A DNA stretch of 64,000 nucleotides, from contig VGEY01000002.1 of the NCBI GenBank assembly GCA_016869075.1, forward strand, positions 72,878 through 136,877, in the 5' to 3' direction. A model generated the notes under the pieces. The model was not told where the DNA came from. It made no database searches and saw only the letters and a program-made list of their open reading frames with translations. The stretch comes from Alphaproteobacteria bacterium (GTDB lineage Bacteria > Pseudomonadota > Alphaproteobacteria > Paracaedibacterales > VGCI01). The position numbers and the translations under genes are program-made. Every line of letters starts with the position of its first letter. The first letter of the stretch is position 1. Below, piece after piece: positions 35,806 to 46,225 of this stretch.

Positions 35806-36891
35806 TTAAGATCGATCCTTCTCAAAGATCGTCGTCACTTCCTCAATTTGCTCACGACTGCTTGTCAACAACCCAAGTTCGCGCGTCTGATCGAGTGAAG
35901 GAGGATAGAAATTACAAGACCCAACATACATGATTTGGTCATCAATAATCATAGCTTTTGCATGCATGTAATGGCGTAAATGAAGATAAACTTTTCCACC
36001 AGCGTTACGAATGAGGTCTTGATTGGGAATGTTTTTATCTTCTTTCTTACTGAAAGGAAAAGGCATCATGATAACTTCAACGTTTACACCTGCACGGGCT
36101 GCCCCTGCAACTGCTTGCGCTAAACCCACATCCTGGAAATCTTGCTGATAAATACGAATAGATTTTTTTGCTGAAGTGATCATTTGTAAGAAAATGCTTC
36201 TCTGATTATCTGGCCCCCAAACAAGTTGCGGATGTTTTGACCATGTGCGGGCATCTGAAATATCCGCGTCGAACATTCTGGATAATTCTTTTACCATTGC
36301 GGCATTTGTAACAGTGAGCGCGAAATCTCGGCAAGGTTCATTACTTATATCTTTTATACCATCAAAAGATGAAGCATCAAGATTTCCTGAGCTCACCATT
36401 GCCCATTTTTCATCCACAAGGATCATTTTGTAGTGTGCTTGATTAAAACGCGCAGAAAGATGATAAACTTTTATGCCTTTTTGTTTAAGCATTTTAAGGG
36501 GAGAAAGATCTGTTCCTGATTTATCATGCTGAAAAGTCTCAGGTTGTATGAGCAAGCTAACTTTGACTTTTCCTTCTTGGGCAATGGCAACAAGGGTATC
36601 AACGATTGCCTGGTCGGAGAGCCTATAGGCAGCCATTTTAATAGAAGTCTTCGCACTCCGTATAGCTTTAATCCAGGGATCTCTCCCGGCTTCAGGAAAA
36701 ACAAGGAGACCTGTCTTTGGCCACCCCTCGGGAAGGTTTTGTTGAATATCTTGCTCTGTTGATAGAGAATCGATTACCTGAGGAGAAAGGTGCTCCTGCT
36801 TTACTATTTCCTCTGCAACCCCACTTGGTGGGGTGATTACAATCAAGAAAATGAACAAGGAGAGTCGGCATTTAGAATTCTTATAATTCAT
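35806..36891 (-). CDS. secreted phospholipase D-superfamily protein with two HKD motifs
   Basis: 361 aa. N-terminal signal-like segment (CRLSLFIFLIVITPPSGVA). HKD-1 is HYKMILVDEKWAMVSSGNLD and HKD-2 is HAKAMIIDDQIMYVGSCNF. Confidence 0.8.
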   Translation of the reverse strand: MNYKNSKCRLSLFIFLIVITPPSGVAEEIVKQEHLSPQVIDSLSTEQDIQQNLPEGWPKTGLLVFPEAGRDPWIKAIRSAKTSIKMAAYRLSDQAIVDTLVAIAQEGKVKVSLLIQPETFQHDKSGTDLSPLKMLKQKGIKVYHLSARFNQAHYKMILVDEKWAMVSSGNLDASSFDGIKDISNEPCRDFALTVTNAAMVKELSRMFDADISDARTWSKHPQLVWGPDNQRSIFLQMITSAKKSIRIYQQDFQDVGLAQAVAGAARAGVNVEVIMMPFPFSKKEDKNIPNQDLIRNAGGKVYLHLRHYMHAKAMIIDDQIMYVGSCNFYPPSLDQTRELGLLTSSREQIEEVTTIFEKDRS

Positions 36892-36922
36892 AATCTATCC
36901 TTAGCTATTCTATAAAAAGATC

Positions 36923-37975
36923 TTAGGCTGCTTCTTTGTCACTTAGAGCAGCAGTTGGTTTGTTGAGGTGATAATCCAACGTCTTTTTTAAAGCATCCCT
37001 TAAACCAATCTTCGGTGTCCATCCTAAATGAGTCTGAGCATTCTTAATGGAAGGAACACGACGATTAATATCTTGATAATGAACACCATAGTGAGCTGTA
37101 GAATCTATTGCGGTAACTTTTGTGCTCTCAGCAATCTTGCTATAAGAAGGATATTCCTTAATAAGATCGATAAGCATATGAGCCAATTCTTTGATTGAAA
37201 CGTCATTGTTGGGATTGCCAAGATTAAAAATGCGTGCAGTAGCACAGTTGTCTTTATTTTCAATAATTTTCATCAAGGCTGCAATTCCGTCATCAATATC
37301 TGTGAAAGAACGGCGCTGTTGACCACCATCAACCAGCTTTATTTCACCTTTATGCAGAATATCAGAAATAAACTGGGTAACCACACGTGAAGAACCTTCT
37401 TTCGTTGAAAAAATACTATCTAACTTGGGGCCAACCCAATTAAAGGGACGGAAAAGCGTATAGTCCAAGCCATCACGTACGCCGTAAGCATAAATCACCC
37501 GATCAAGAAGTTGCTTTGAGCAAGAATAAATCCAACGTTGTTTATGAATAGGGCCCAAAACAAGTGATGATGTTTCTTCATCAAAAGCATCATCTTGGGA
37601 CATTCCATAAACTTCAGATGTTGAGGGGAAAATAACACGTTTTTTATAAAGAACAGCTTTGCGAACTATTTCTAAATTCGCTTCAAAATCTAATTCGAAA
37701 ACACGTAGAGGGTCTTGAACATATAATGCAGGGGTTGCTATGGCAACAAGGGGAAGAACCACATCACATTTTTTTATATGGTACTCAATCCATTCTTTGT
37801 TAATGGTTATATCACCCTCTACAAAATGAAAGCGTGACTGACCTAAGGACCCCTCTAACTTGTCCGTCCCCATATCCATTCCATACACTTGCCAGGATTT
37901 TTCCTTCAGAATAGCTTCCGTTAAAGCACTTCCGATAAAACCATTCACACCGAGAATCAAAACATTTAAAGACAT
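36923..37975 (-). CDS. arnA: UDP-glucuronic acid oxidative decarboxylase (stand-alone ArnA C-terminal domain)
   Basis: 350 aa, colinear with E. coli ArnA residues ~315-660 (LILGVNGFIG, FHFVEGDI, EWIEYH.KKCDVVLPLVAIATP, PLRVFELDFE.NL, YSCSKQL). Confidence 0.9.
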   Translation of the reverse strand: MSLNVLILGVNGFIGSALTEAILKEKSWQVYGMDMGTDKLEGSLGQSRFHFVEGDITINKEWIEYHIKKCDVVLPLVAIATPALYVQDPLRVFELDFEANLEIVRKAVLYKKRVIFPSTSEVYGMSQDDAFDEETSSLVLGPIHKQRWIYSCSKQLLDRVIYAYGVRDGLDYTLFRPFNWVGPKLDSIFSTKEGSSRVVTQFISDILHKGEIKLVDGGQQRRSFTDIDDGIAALMKIIENKDNCATARIFNLGNPNNDVSIKELAHMLIDLIKEYPSYSKIAESTKVTAIDSTAHYGVHYQDINRRVPSIKNAQTHLGWTPKIGLRDALKKTLDYHLNKPTAALSDKEAA

Positions 37976-38135
37976 GAAATATGAACCTTTTTGAAAAATA
38001 TAGTTTGTTTTACCTAATTTTCATATGAAAAGCTATAATTTTGATGACTTTATGCTACTTCGCTATTGAAATGTAAGGCAGAAATAAGCTTTACTGCTGA
38101 AGAAACGACACATAGAAACTGGTACGCAATATTTT

Positions 38136-39587
38136 ATGTCTTTAAATCAAGCAAATGCAGTTTTATCACCTCGAAAAGCACAGATCCTTGAATACATTGA
38201 TAAAAATTTCAATAAAATCAAGCAATTAAATGTTTTTAATCGAAAATTTCATACTCAGGACCAAGACTACCATCGATTTTTAATTGAGCCTCACCTCAAT
38301 GTCCTGGAAATTGGATGTGGAAATGGGGACTTGCTTGCCAGCGTTAATCCTAAAACAGGTGTCGGAATAGATTTAAGCCCTCAGATGACTGTATTGGCAC
38401 AATCTCGCCATCAAAATCTTTCATTTTATACTTTTGACGCAGAATCCCCCCTTCCCATCGAAAAGGGTAAATCGTTTGATGTCATTATTATTTCAGATGT
38501 TATTGGTCTTTTTGACGATATACAGCTTGTCCTTGAAAACTTAGTTCCATATTGTACTCCCCAAACGCGCATTGTTATATCATATTATACGAAGCATTGG
38601 GAATTTCTTGTTAAGGTGGCAGAGTTTTTAAAAATTAAAGTTCCTCAACCTCCCCAAAATTTTTTATCAACTGGGGATATAGAAAAAATTGTTGAACTTT
38701 CTGGATTTGAGGTCATTCGTAAGGAATATCAACAACTCATCCCCATACCCATGCTTGGTCTTGATACGCTTATTAATAAGTTTATCGCAACACTCCCTGG
38801 TATCCGTAAATTGTGTCTTAGATCTTATGTGGTTGCACGGTTACGTCCAACTTATATTCCTCACGCGTATTCCACTACGGTCGTTATCCCTTGTAGAAAT
38901 GAGAAAGGTAATATTGAACCCGCAGTCCAGCGACTTCCTCTCTTTTGCAAAGATCTTGAAATTATTTATGTTGAGGGGAATAGCAAAGATGGAACATGGG
39001 AAGAAATTTTGCGCATCAAAGAAAAATATCCACACTTAGATATCAAAGCTTTCCAACAAAATGGTAAAGGAAAAGCTGATGCTGTGCATTTGGGCTTTTC
39101 TAAAAGTCGTGGAGATATTCTTATGATTTTGGATGGAGATTTAACCACTCCACCTGAACAAATGCCAAAATTTTATAATGTTATTGCCTCTGGGCAGGGA
39201 GAATTTGTATGTGGTACTCGTCTGATCTATCCTATGGAAGATCAGGCAATGCAATTTTTTAATTTTATTGCTAACAAGGGATTTTCATGGATTTTCTCTT
39301 ATCTTCTTTCTCAACGTTTTACAGACACCCTCTGCGGGACAAAAGTATTTTTTGCAAAAGACTATAAACGCATGATTGAACAACGAAAATTTTTTGGCGA
39401 CTTTGATCCTTTCGGGGATTTTGAACTTATTTTTGCTGCTTCCAAGCTCAATTTAAAAGTAACAGAGGTTCCCATTCGATATCGGGCGAGGTCTTATGGG
39501 ACGACACAAATTTCTCGATGGCGACATGGCGTTATATTATTAAAAATGGTGTTATATGCATATAAGAAACTTAAGCTTTTTTTCTAA
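38136..39587 (+). CDS. fusion protein: class I SAM-dependent methyltransferase plus GT2 polyprenyl-phosphate glycosyltransferase-like domain
   Basis: 483 aa. N-terminal LEIGCGNGDL SAM motif. C-terminal GT2 domain (VVIPCRNE, ILDGDL, TDTLCGTK) resembles DPM1/GtrB/ArnC-type enzymes. Confidence 0.75.
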   Translation: MSLNQANAVLSPRKAQILEYIDKNFNKIKQLNVFNRKFHTQDQDYHRFLIEPHLNVLEIGCGNGDLLASVNPKTGVGIDLSPQMTVLAQSRHQNLSFYTFDAESPLPIEKGKSFDVIIISDVIGLFDDIQLVLENLVPYCTPQTRIVISYYTKHWEFLVKVAEFLKIKVPQPPQNFLSTGDIEKIVELSGFEVIRKEYQQLIPIPMLGLDTLINKFIATLPGIRKLCLRSYVVARLRPTYIPHAYSTTVVIPCRNEKGNIEPAVQRLPLFCKDLEIIYVEGNSKDGTWEEILRIKEKYPHLDIKAFQQNGKGKADAVHLGFSKSRGDILMILDGDLTTPPEQMPKFYNVIASGQGEFVCGTRLIYPMEDQAMQFFNFIANKGFSWIFSYLLSQRFTDTLCGTKVFFAKDYKRMIEQRKFFGDFDPFGDFELIFAASKLNLKVTEVPIRYRARSYGTTQISRWRHGVILLKMVLYAYKKLKLFF

Positions 39588-41280
39588 ATCAAGCTTAATC
39601 TGGAGCCTTCTCGCAATACTCGCCATAGGTCTTCCTCTCCTCAATGCATGGTTTGGTTTTCCACTGCCCACTAATTTAGAAGGCCGCTATAGTGCCATCG
39701 GTGGAATTATCCCCTATTCAGATGCTGAAATTTATCTTCTAGGTGCACAGAAATTTAATGAATTTAATCTTCTTGATCCTTGGAACATGCGCAGACCACT
39801 TACGACTCTCCTTCTGGCTTTCTATTTGAAACTTACCTATGGAAATTTTTGGTATTGCTTAATAGCGCAAGCCAGTTTATGTGCTTTAGCCCTAGCTTTC
39901 TATTTAAATACTTTACGTAAGGAAATGGGCACACTTGCTACACTCACTTCTCTCTTTTTTATTTATTATTATATCCAAGCCTATATTCAAACAACTCTTT
40001 CAGAAACTCTTGGTTTAACTTTAGGCCTTTTCAGTTGTGTATTATTGTGGAATGGGTGGCTCCAAAAAAAGAGAAGCATTTATAATTGTGGCATGGCTAT
40101 ACTCGCCGTTGCTTTAAGTGCACGAGCAGGGCCTAACTTTATTCCTCTTGCCCTTTTAGTTCTTGTGTTTTGGGAACCATTTACACACTCCCGCACTCAA
40201 GATACTTTCATAAGTTTTATTTCTTTTTTCCTTCCGTTTGTTTTCATAAGTATGCTTTCACCTTTTTACGGAGAACCTTCTGGTTCGGGATTGGTTTATG
40301 CGAATTTCGGTTCAACTTTATATGGTCTCGTAACAGGGGGACGCGGCTGGTTATCTGCATATAACGATCCCCATATGGTTACCCTGATTTCTGGTCTAAA
40401 CGAAACGCAGCTCACAAAAATATTTTATTCGGAATCATGGAATGCTTTTAAAGAAAATCCATTTAATCTTGTGCTCGGTATGGCAAAATACCTGCGCGGA
40501 TTCTTCAGCTGGTTCATTATCCAGTTTGCGTTTGGCACAGGCATATTCCTCCTCATAACTAAGGTCGCTTCATGTGTTTTTTGGTTGTTTATGGCGATGC
40601 GGATATATCGTCAACGCCTTCTCTTTCCTCGAGCTTTCTTATTATTATTGTTAATATTTTGTGGCATAGTGGCCTCTGCAATGGTTGTTTTTAAAGATGG
40701 TGGAATGCGCACGTTCGCTGTAGCTATTCCCTTTATGGGGGCTTTACTTGGGTTCGCATTTTTAAGACCATCTGCAAGACAAGAGACAAAAAGAATTGAA
40801 AATAATTGGGTCCTTGCCAGTGTAGTCCCCCTCATCATGGCAGCTACAGTTGGCCATAAAATTCTTATAAAAAACCCTCCTCCATATATTCCTTCGTTAC
40901 AGGCGGACTTGCTTCCAAATGAATCAACAATTCTTACTTACAATCCCAATAAACAGCCATATTTATTTATTAATACACACCCTGGTTTTCATTTTCGGTC
41001 TGAGTCCAAAGATAACATTCGAAATGGATGGAATATTTATGCATGGTCAGATAATCAGATTGCCGAGGAACTAAGGAGAATCGTTTATACTTTCAAGAAT
41101 AATAATCTTGTTTTGTTGCTTATTTACGATTATATTTCTCACTCATTTAGATGGATTCTTGCTGAAGATCATATATTAAATGTACGCTCGGAATGGATAG
41201 TGATTCGAGCGAGTATAATTGATAAGGAATATAAAAGAATTCACAAAGCTAACAACGTTATGGAGCTCCCACACGGATGA
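39556..41280 (+). CDS. polytopic membrane protein, putative GT-C-fold glycosyltransferase (ArnT/PMT-like)
   Basis: 574 aa with about 12 TM helices and a ~150 aa C-terminal soluble domain. The first predicted loop carries an acidic YSDAEIY motif, like the D-E-x-x-Y loop motif of GT-C enzymes. It follows a GT2 polyprenyl-P sugar synthase-like gene with a 32-nt overlap. Confidence 0.45.
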   Translation: MHIRNLSFFSKSSLIWSLLAILAIGLPLLNAWFGFPLPTNLEGRYSAIGGIIPYSDAEIYLLGAQKFNEFNLLDPWNMRRPLTTLLLAFYLKLTYGNFWYCLIAQASLCALALAFYLNTLRKEMGTLATLTSLFFIYYYIQAYIQTTLSETLGLTLGLFSCVLLWNGWLQKKRSIYNCGMAILAVALSARAGPNFIPLALLVLVFWEPFTHSRTQDTFISFISFFLPFVFISMLSPFYGEPSGSGLVYANFGSTLYGLVTGGRGWLSAYNDPHMVTLISGLNETQLTKIFYSESWNAFKENPFNLVLGMAKYLRGFFSWFIIQFAFGTGIFLLITKVASCVFWLFMAMRIYRQRLLFPRAFLLLLLIFCGIVASAMVVFKDGGMRTFAVAIPFMGALLGFAFLRPSARQETKRIENNWVLASVVPLIMAATVGHKILIKNPPPYIPSLQADLLPNESTILTYNPNKQPYLFINTHPGFHFRSESKDNIRNGWNIYAWSDNQIAEELRRIVYTFKNNNLVLLLIYDYISHSFRWILAEDHILNVRSEWIVIRASIIDKEYKRIHKANNVMELPHG

Positions 41281-42320
41281 AACGAGCATTTATTACTGGG
41301 GTCAATGGCCAAGACGGCGCTTATTTAAGCCACCTTTTACTTGAAAAAGGGTATCAAGTTCATGGATTGCTTCGCAGATCCTCCATCAATACAACTGAAC
41401 GACTTAATGGGCTAGAAAGAAACCCACACTTTATTCTTCATTACGGCGATATGACCGACACCTCAAATTTAATACGTCTCATAAATGAAATTTCTCCAAA
41501 TGAAATTTATAACATGGCGGCACAAAGTCATGTTGCCGTAAGTTTTGAGACGCCTGAATATACTGCCAATGCTGATGCCGTAGGGCCTTTGCGTTTACTA
41601 GAAGCTATTCGCATTCTTAAGTTGACAGATAAGGTACGCTATTACCAGGCATCCACATCAGAATTATATGGAAAAGTACAAGAAATTCCGCAAACAGAAA
41701 CAACACCCTTTTATCCCCGCAGCCCCTACGCAGCTGCAAAATTATATTCTTATTGGGTTACAGTAAACTACCGAGAAGCCTATAACATTCATGCATCCAA
41801 TGGCATTTTATTTAACCACGAAAGTTCACAGAGAGGGGAAACATTTGTTACCCGGAAAATTACATTGGGACTTGCTAACATTCTTCATGGATCGAAAAAC
41901 CCTATTCTTCTTGGGAATTTGGAAGCCAAACGTGATTGGGGACATGCAAAAGATTATGTAGAAGCTATGTGGCTCATAACTCAACAGCCAGCTGCCGATG
42001 ATTATGTCATTGCAACAGGGCAAACTCACTCTGTAAGAGAATTTGTGGAAGCAGCATTTAAAGTTGTAAACATCCCTCTCCAATGGATGCACGAAGGTGT
42101 GAATGAAATTGCTGTTCGCACTGATACAAAAGAAAAAGTCATTGGTATTAACCCCGCCCTTTTCCGTCCCACTGAGGTTGATATATTAATCGGAGATGCC
42201 ACAAAAGCAAAAACAAAATTGGGATGGATTCCCAAAGTAACATTCTCAGAACTTGTTGCCGAAATGGTGCAAGAGGATTATAAGAACTTTTTGAACCGTC
42301 GCACTATTTTACTGGATTAA
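41277..42320 (+). CDS. gmd: GDP-mannose 4,6-dehydratase
   Basis: 347 aa. [35 protein letters not shown] and SPYAAAKLY (SDR catalytic Y..K). Confidence 0.93.
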   Translation: MKRAFITGVNGQDGAYLSHLLLEKGYQVHGLLRRSSINTTERLNGLERNPHFILHYGDMTDTSNLIRLINEISPNEIYNMAAQSHVAVSFETPEYTANADAVGPLRLLEAIRILKLTDKVRYYQASTSELYGKVQEIPQTETTPFYPRSPYAAAKLYSYWVTVNYREAYNIHASNGILFNHESSQRGETFVTRKITLGLANILHGSKNPILLGNLEAKRDWGHAKDYVEAMWLITQQPAADDYVIATGQTHSVREFVEAAFKVVNIPLQWMHEGVNEIAVRTDTKEKVIGINPALFRPTEVDILIGDATKAKTKLGWIPKVTFSELVAEMVQEDYKNFLNRRTILLD

Positions 42321-43264
42321 TGATGGGCACTTATAAACTTCAAGGGAAAAAAGTATTTATTGCTGGTCATCAAGGTATGGTCGGTAAAGCCCTTACGCGT
42401 GCTCTCGAAAAAGAAGAATGCCAAATCTTAACTGTCACACGCAAGGAATTGGATTTACAAAATCAAGCCGCAGTCAATCAATGGTTTAAAGATCAACGCC
42501 CCGAAGTGATTTTCCTAGCTGCAGCAAAGGTTGGGGGAATCTTGGCAAATACCCTTTATCCTGCTGAGTTCATTTATGAGAATTTAATGATTCAGCAAAA
42601 TGTCATCAACGCTGCACATCAATCAACGAGTGAACGCCTAATTTTTTTAGGTTCTTCGTGTATTTATCCCCGAATGAGTCCTCAACCAATACCGGAAGAA
42701 GCCCTTCTTTCCGGCCCCTTAGAGGAAACAAACCAGTGGTACGCCATTGCTAAGATTGCGGGTTTAAAACTTATTGAAGCATTTCGAAAACAATATCAGT
42801 GTGATTTTATTAGTATAATGCCCACCAATCTTTATGGGCCAGGTGACCATTATGATAGCCAAAATAGCCATGTTATTCCCGCATTGATTTTAAAATTTCA
42901 CACAGCAAAAATGAATGGACATCCAACAGTAAATCTGTGGGGAACAGGAACACCATTGCGTGAGTTTTTACATGTCGATGACTTAGCAGATGCTTGTTTA
43001 TTCTTAGCAAAAAATTATTCAGATTCTCAGGCAATTAACGTTGGAACTGGTAAAGAAATTTCCATAAAAGATTTGGCTGCTAAGATTTCACAAGTTGTGG
43101 GCTATAAAGGAGAAGTAAATTTTGATGCAACCAAGCCTGACGGAACACCACGAAAGCTTCTAGATATTTCAAAGATCGCACATTTAGGATGGAGTGCAAG
43201 AACGCCTTTAGATGAAGGATTAAAAAATACTTACCAAGACTTTTTAACAAAGGGGATACTATGA
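42320..43264 (+). CDS. fcl: GDP-L-fucose synthase
   Basis: 314 aa. GHQGMVG Rossmann motif, LGSSCIYP, YAIAKIAG, PTNLYGPGD. Confidence 0.92.
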   Translation: MMGTYKLQGKKVFIAGHQGMVGKALTRALEKEECQILTVTRKELDLQNQAAVNQWFKDQRPEVIFLAAAKVGGILANTLYPAEFIYENLMIQQNVINAAHQSTSERLIFLGSSCIYPRMSPQPIPEEALLSGPLEETNQWYAIAKIAGLKLIEAFRKQYQCDFISIMPTNLYGPGDHYDSQNSHVIPALILKFHTAKMNGHPTVNLWGTGTPLREFLHVDDLADACLFLAKNYSDSQAINVGTGKEISIKDLAAKISQVVGYKGEVNFDATKPDGTPRKLLDISKIAHLGWSARTPLDEGLKNTYQDFLTKGIL

Positions 43265-44667
43265 AAATTCAACCTGTTATTTTGTGTGGTGGGGGAGGAA
43301 CGCGCCTTTGGCCCATGTCGCGAACATCATACCCCAAACAGCTTTTAGCACCCTTGGGAGGTCTCAGCTTACTTCAACAGACTGCACAACGACTTTGTAA
43401 GCCGGAATATGAGCCTTCTCTCATTATCAGCAACGAACATTATCGATTTCTGGTGGCTGAGCAAATGCATGAAATCGGCATTACTCAATTCCCCCTTATC
43501 CTGGAACCTTGTGCAAAAAATACGGCTCCTGCTATGGCCTTAGCGGCACATTTTGTTAAAGACCCAGAAACATACCTTCTTTTTTGTCCCTCAGACCATC
43601 ACGTCATTAATTCAAATGTATTAGAGCAAGCTATTGAGCAAGCAAAACCCTTAGCAGATGAAGGAAAAATTATTATTTTTGGTATTTTACCTGATAGTCC
43701 TAAAGGTGGGTATGGGTACATAGTACCAACCTCAGATGAATTGGCCCCAAACATTTACGGCGTGCAAAAATTTATTGAAAAACCAAACCTGGATACCGCA
43801 AAATCACTTCTAAAGTCTCCCTGCTATTGGAATAGTGGAATCTTTTTTGCTAAGGCAAAATTTTTTCTTGAAGCTATTAAACATCACCTTCCCAATACAT
43901 ATAAACATTCTCTTGCCTCCATTGAGAGCGCAAAACCCGATCTTGATTTTATTCGTATCCCTCAAGAGGTGTTTGAGAAGTGTGATACCATTTCCATTGA
44001 CTACGGGGTCATTGAGAAAGAAAGCAATGTTGCAGTGGTTGCATGTAATGACATGGGATGGTCGGATGTTGGCACATGGCAAACGGTGTGGGAACTCAAT
44101 ACAAAAGATGACTCTGGAAATGCCATCACTGGAGATGTTATTACCCAAGATGTAAAAAATAGCTACATACGTGGTGACGGTGTTTTGGTTTCTGTCATTG
44201 GATTAGAAAATCTAATAGTTGTGGCTTCAAATGATGCTGTTCTTGTTGCAAATAAAGTTGATGCTGAGAAGGTGAGAGAAATTACGACCCATTTACGCCA
44301 TAATTTACGCTCAGAACTTGATTTTCATAAACGTGTATATCGCCCCTGGGGCTATTATCAAGAAATTGATCTTGGTGAACGATTTAAAGTAAAAAGGTTG
44401 ATGCTTAAGAGTCAGTCTAGAACATCTACACAAATTCATTATCACAGAGCAGAACATTGGGTTGTTGTTACAGGTACGGCTAAAGTTCTGATTGGTGAGA
44501 AAACCCAACTTGTTCATGAAAATGAATCCATTTATATACCTGCAGGAACACCCCATGCAGTAGAAAATCCAGGGAAAATAGAACTTCATTTAATTGAAGT
44601 TCAGTCAGGAAGTTACCTTGGAGAAGATGATATTGTGCGTCTTAAAGATATTTATGGGCGTGTTTAA
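43261..44667 (+). CDS. manC: mannose-1-phosphate guanylyltransferase / mannose-6-phosphate isomerase
   Basis: 468 aa. ILCGGGGTRLWPMSR nucleotidyltransferase N-terminus and C-terminal cupin (RPWG.Y, HYHRAEHWVVV.G). Confidence 0.92.
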   Translation: MKIQPVILCGGGGTRLWPMSRTSYPKQLLAPLGGLSLLQQTAQRLCKPEYEPSLIISNEHYRFLVAEQMHEIGITQFPLILEPCAKNTAPAMALAAHFVKDPETYLLFCPSDHHVINSNVLEQAIEQAKPLADEGKIIIFGILPDSPKGGYGYIVPTSDELAPNIYGVQKFIEKPNLDTAKSLLKSPCYWNSGIFFAKAKFFLEAIKHHLPNTYKHSLASIESAKPDLDFIRIPQEVFEKCDTISIDYGVIEKESNVAVVACNDMGWSDVGTWQTVWELNTKDDSGNAITGDVITQDVKNSYIRGDGVLVSVIGLENLIVVASNDAVLVANKVDAEKVREITTHLRHNLRSELDFHKRVYRPWGYYQEIDLGERFKVKRLMLKSQSRTSTQIHYHRAEHWVVVTGTAKVLIGEKTQLVHENESIYIPAGTPHAVENPGKIELHLIEVQSGSYLGEDDIVRLKDIYGRV

Positions 44668-45402
44668 ATGTCCGTCCAAACACTCCAAGATCACCGTGAA
44701 ATTTGGCAAAAGAAGCCTGTATTAAAGGCGGTTTATCAAGATTTTTATGATCGTATTCTCCAACATATAACTTCAGGAACAACGTTAGAAATAGGAGGAG
44801 GAACAGGAAACTTAAAAGAATATTTATCCCATGTAATAACTTCGGACATTATCTTCTCCCCTTGGTTAGATTGTGTATGTGATGCACATGCTCTCCCCTT
44901 TTCCAGCAATAGCCTTTCTAACATTGTAGGGGTGGATGTTCTCCATCATATAGAAAGACCCGTACAATTTTTTCGCGAAGCAGCTCGGCTATTACGTCCA
45001 GGGGGGAAAATTATTCTTATAGATCCAGCGATAACACCTTTAAGCTGGTTCTTTTATCACTTCGTTCATGAAGAGCCCGTCATATTAAATGTGAATCCAT
45101 TGGAGGATGGCACTTTATCCCAAAACAGAAAACCCTTTGATGCCAACCAAGCCATTCCAACATTATTATTTAAAAAATATAAGGATTCATTTTTAAATCA
45201 CTTTCCCGATCTTCATATAACAGAGCATTCTTACATGAGCCTTTGGTCTTATCCCTTATCCGGTGGATTTAAAAAATGGTCATTGATTCCTTCTCGTGCC
45301 ATAAATTCTCTTCTTAAATTGGAGAAAAAAATTGAACCTTATGTGGGATCAATTTTGGGTTTTCGTCTTTTTATTGTGTTAGAAAAAAAGAAGATAACTT
45401 AA
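44668..45402 (+). CDS. class I SAM-dependent methyltransferase
   Basis: 244 aa. LEIGGGTGNL motif I and LRPGGKIILIDP post-motif. Last gene of the co-directional 38136-45402 block. Confidence 0.7.
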   Translation: MSVQTLQDHREIWQKKPVLKAVYQDFYDRILQHITSGTTLEIGGGTGNLKEYLSHVITSDIIFSPWLDCVCDAHALPFSSNSLSNIVGVDVLHHIERPVQFFREAARLLRPGGKIILIDPAITPLSWFFYHFVHEEPVILNVNPLEDGTLSQNRKPFDANQAIPTLLFKKYKDSFLNHFPDLHITEHSYMSLWSYPLSGGFKKWSLIPSRAINSLLKLEKKIEPYVGSILGFRLFIVLEKKKIT

Positions 45403-45435
45403 GACAAAACCAATTTAATAAACTAGGAAATTACT

Positions 45436-46164
45436 TTAATATTTTTGTAAAAATACTAACCGAGAATGAAATGTCCGCAGCCCTGCAGCAAGCCCGGGCA
45501 TTAATTTTAGGAATTTTGGGAGCATTTTTAATCGGCCTGGAGAATGCTTAATAAATAAATCTTCTCGAAATTCAACACGATCAAAATAAGCTTTAAATGC
45601 TTGATATATTTCCCTAGAGCCCAAGTAATTAAGTTGATTTTTACAAAAAGAATGATTCCCTTCCGCTACCTCTTCCCAGGTACTATGAGTCTGAAATTCG
45701 TTACGTATTCCTAATCTAGCCCAAAGACTTAAATAGGGTCTTGAGGAAAAAGCCCCAGCGAGAGGAACATAAATATGTGGCTCAATTAAGCGCCACTTTG
45801 AAGGAAAAAAATGCAAAGAAATACCACCGGGCTTTAATAATTGATAAATTTGATGAATGGTTTGAGGATAGTCCATAACATGTTCAAAAACTTGATTTGA
45901 AAAAATAAAATCAAATGTTCCATTTAAACTAGCCAAATCCTCTAGCGTAAAATAAAAACGATGCGCATCACTGGGGTTCTGTAAATTTAAATAATTTTTA
46001 ACATCGTACCCATATACATTGACATATCCCTTGTTAAGATATGCATAAGCAGCAGCACCTTCTCCGCATCCAAAATCTAAAATTTTAGCATCTAAAGGAA
46101 GCACAAATCCCAATTCATTGAGAATATTTCGCGTTAATACCATTTCACTAACATGATTAGACAT
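45436..46164 (-). CDS. class I SAM-dependent methyltransferase
   Basis: 242 aa. ILDFGCGEGAAA motif I, FDFIFSNQVFEHV, LKPGGISL. Confidence 0.7.
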   Translation of the reverse strand: MSNHVSEMVLTRNILNELGFVLPLDAKILDFGCGEGAAAYAYLNKGYVNVYGYDVKNYLNLQNPSDAHRFYFTLEDLASLNGTFDFIFSNQVFEHVMDYPQTIHQIYQLLKPGGISLHFFPSKWRLIEPHIYVPLAGAFSSRPYLSLWARLGIRNEFQTHSTWEEVAEGNHSFCKNQLNYLGSREIYQAFKAYFDRVEFREDLFIKHSPGRLKMLPKFLKLMPGLAAGLRTFHSRLVFLQKY

Positions 46165-46225
46165 TTTGATTTCAACTTTATTTTCTTAGGGCCAAACGCG
46201 AGTGATCCCATATCACGGGGTTTTA

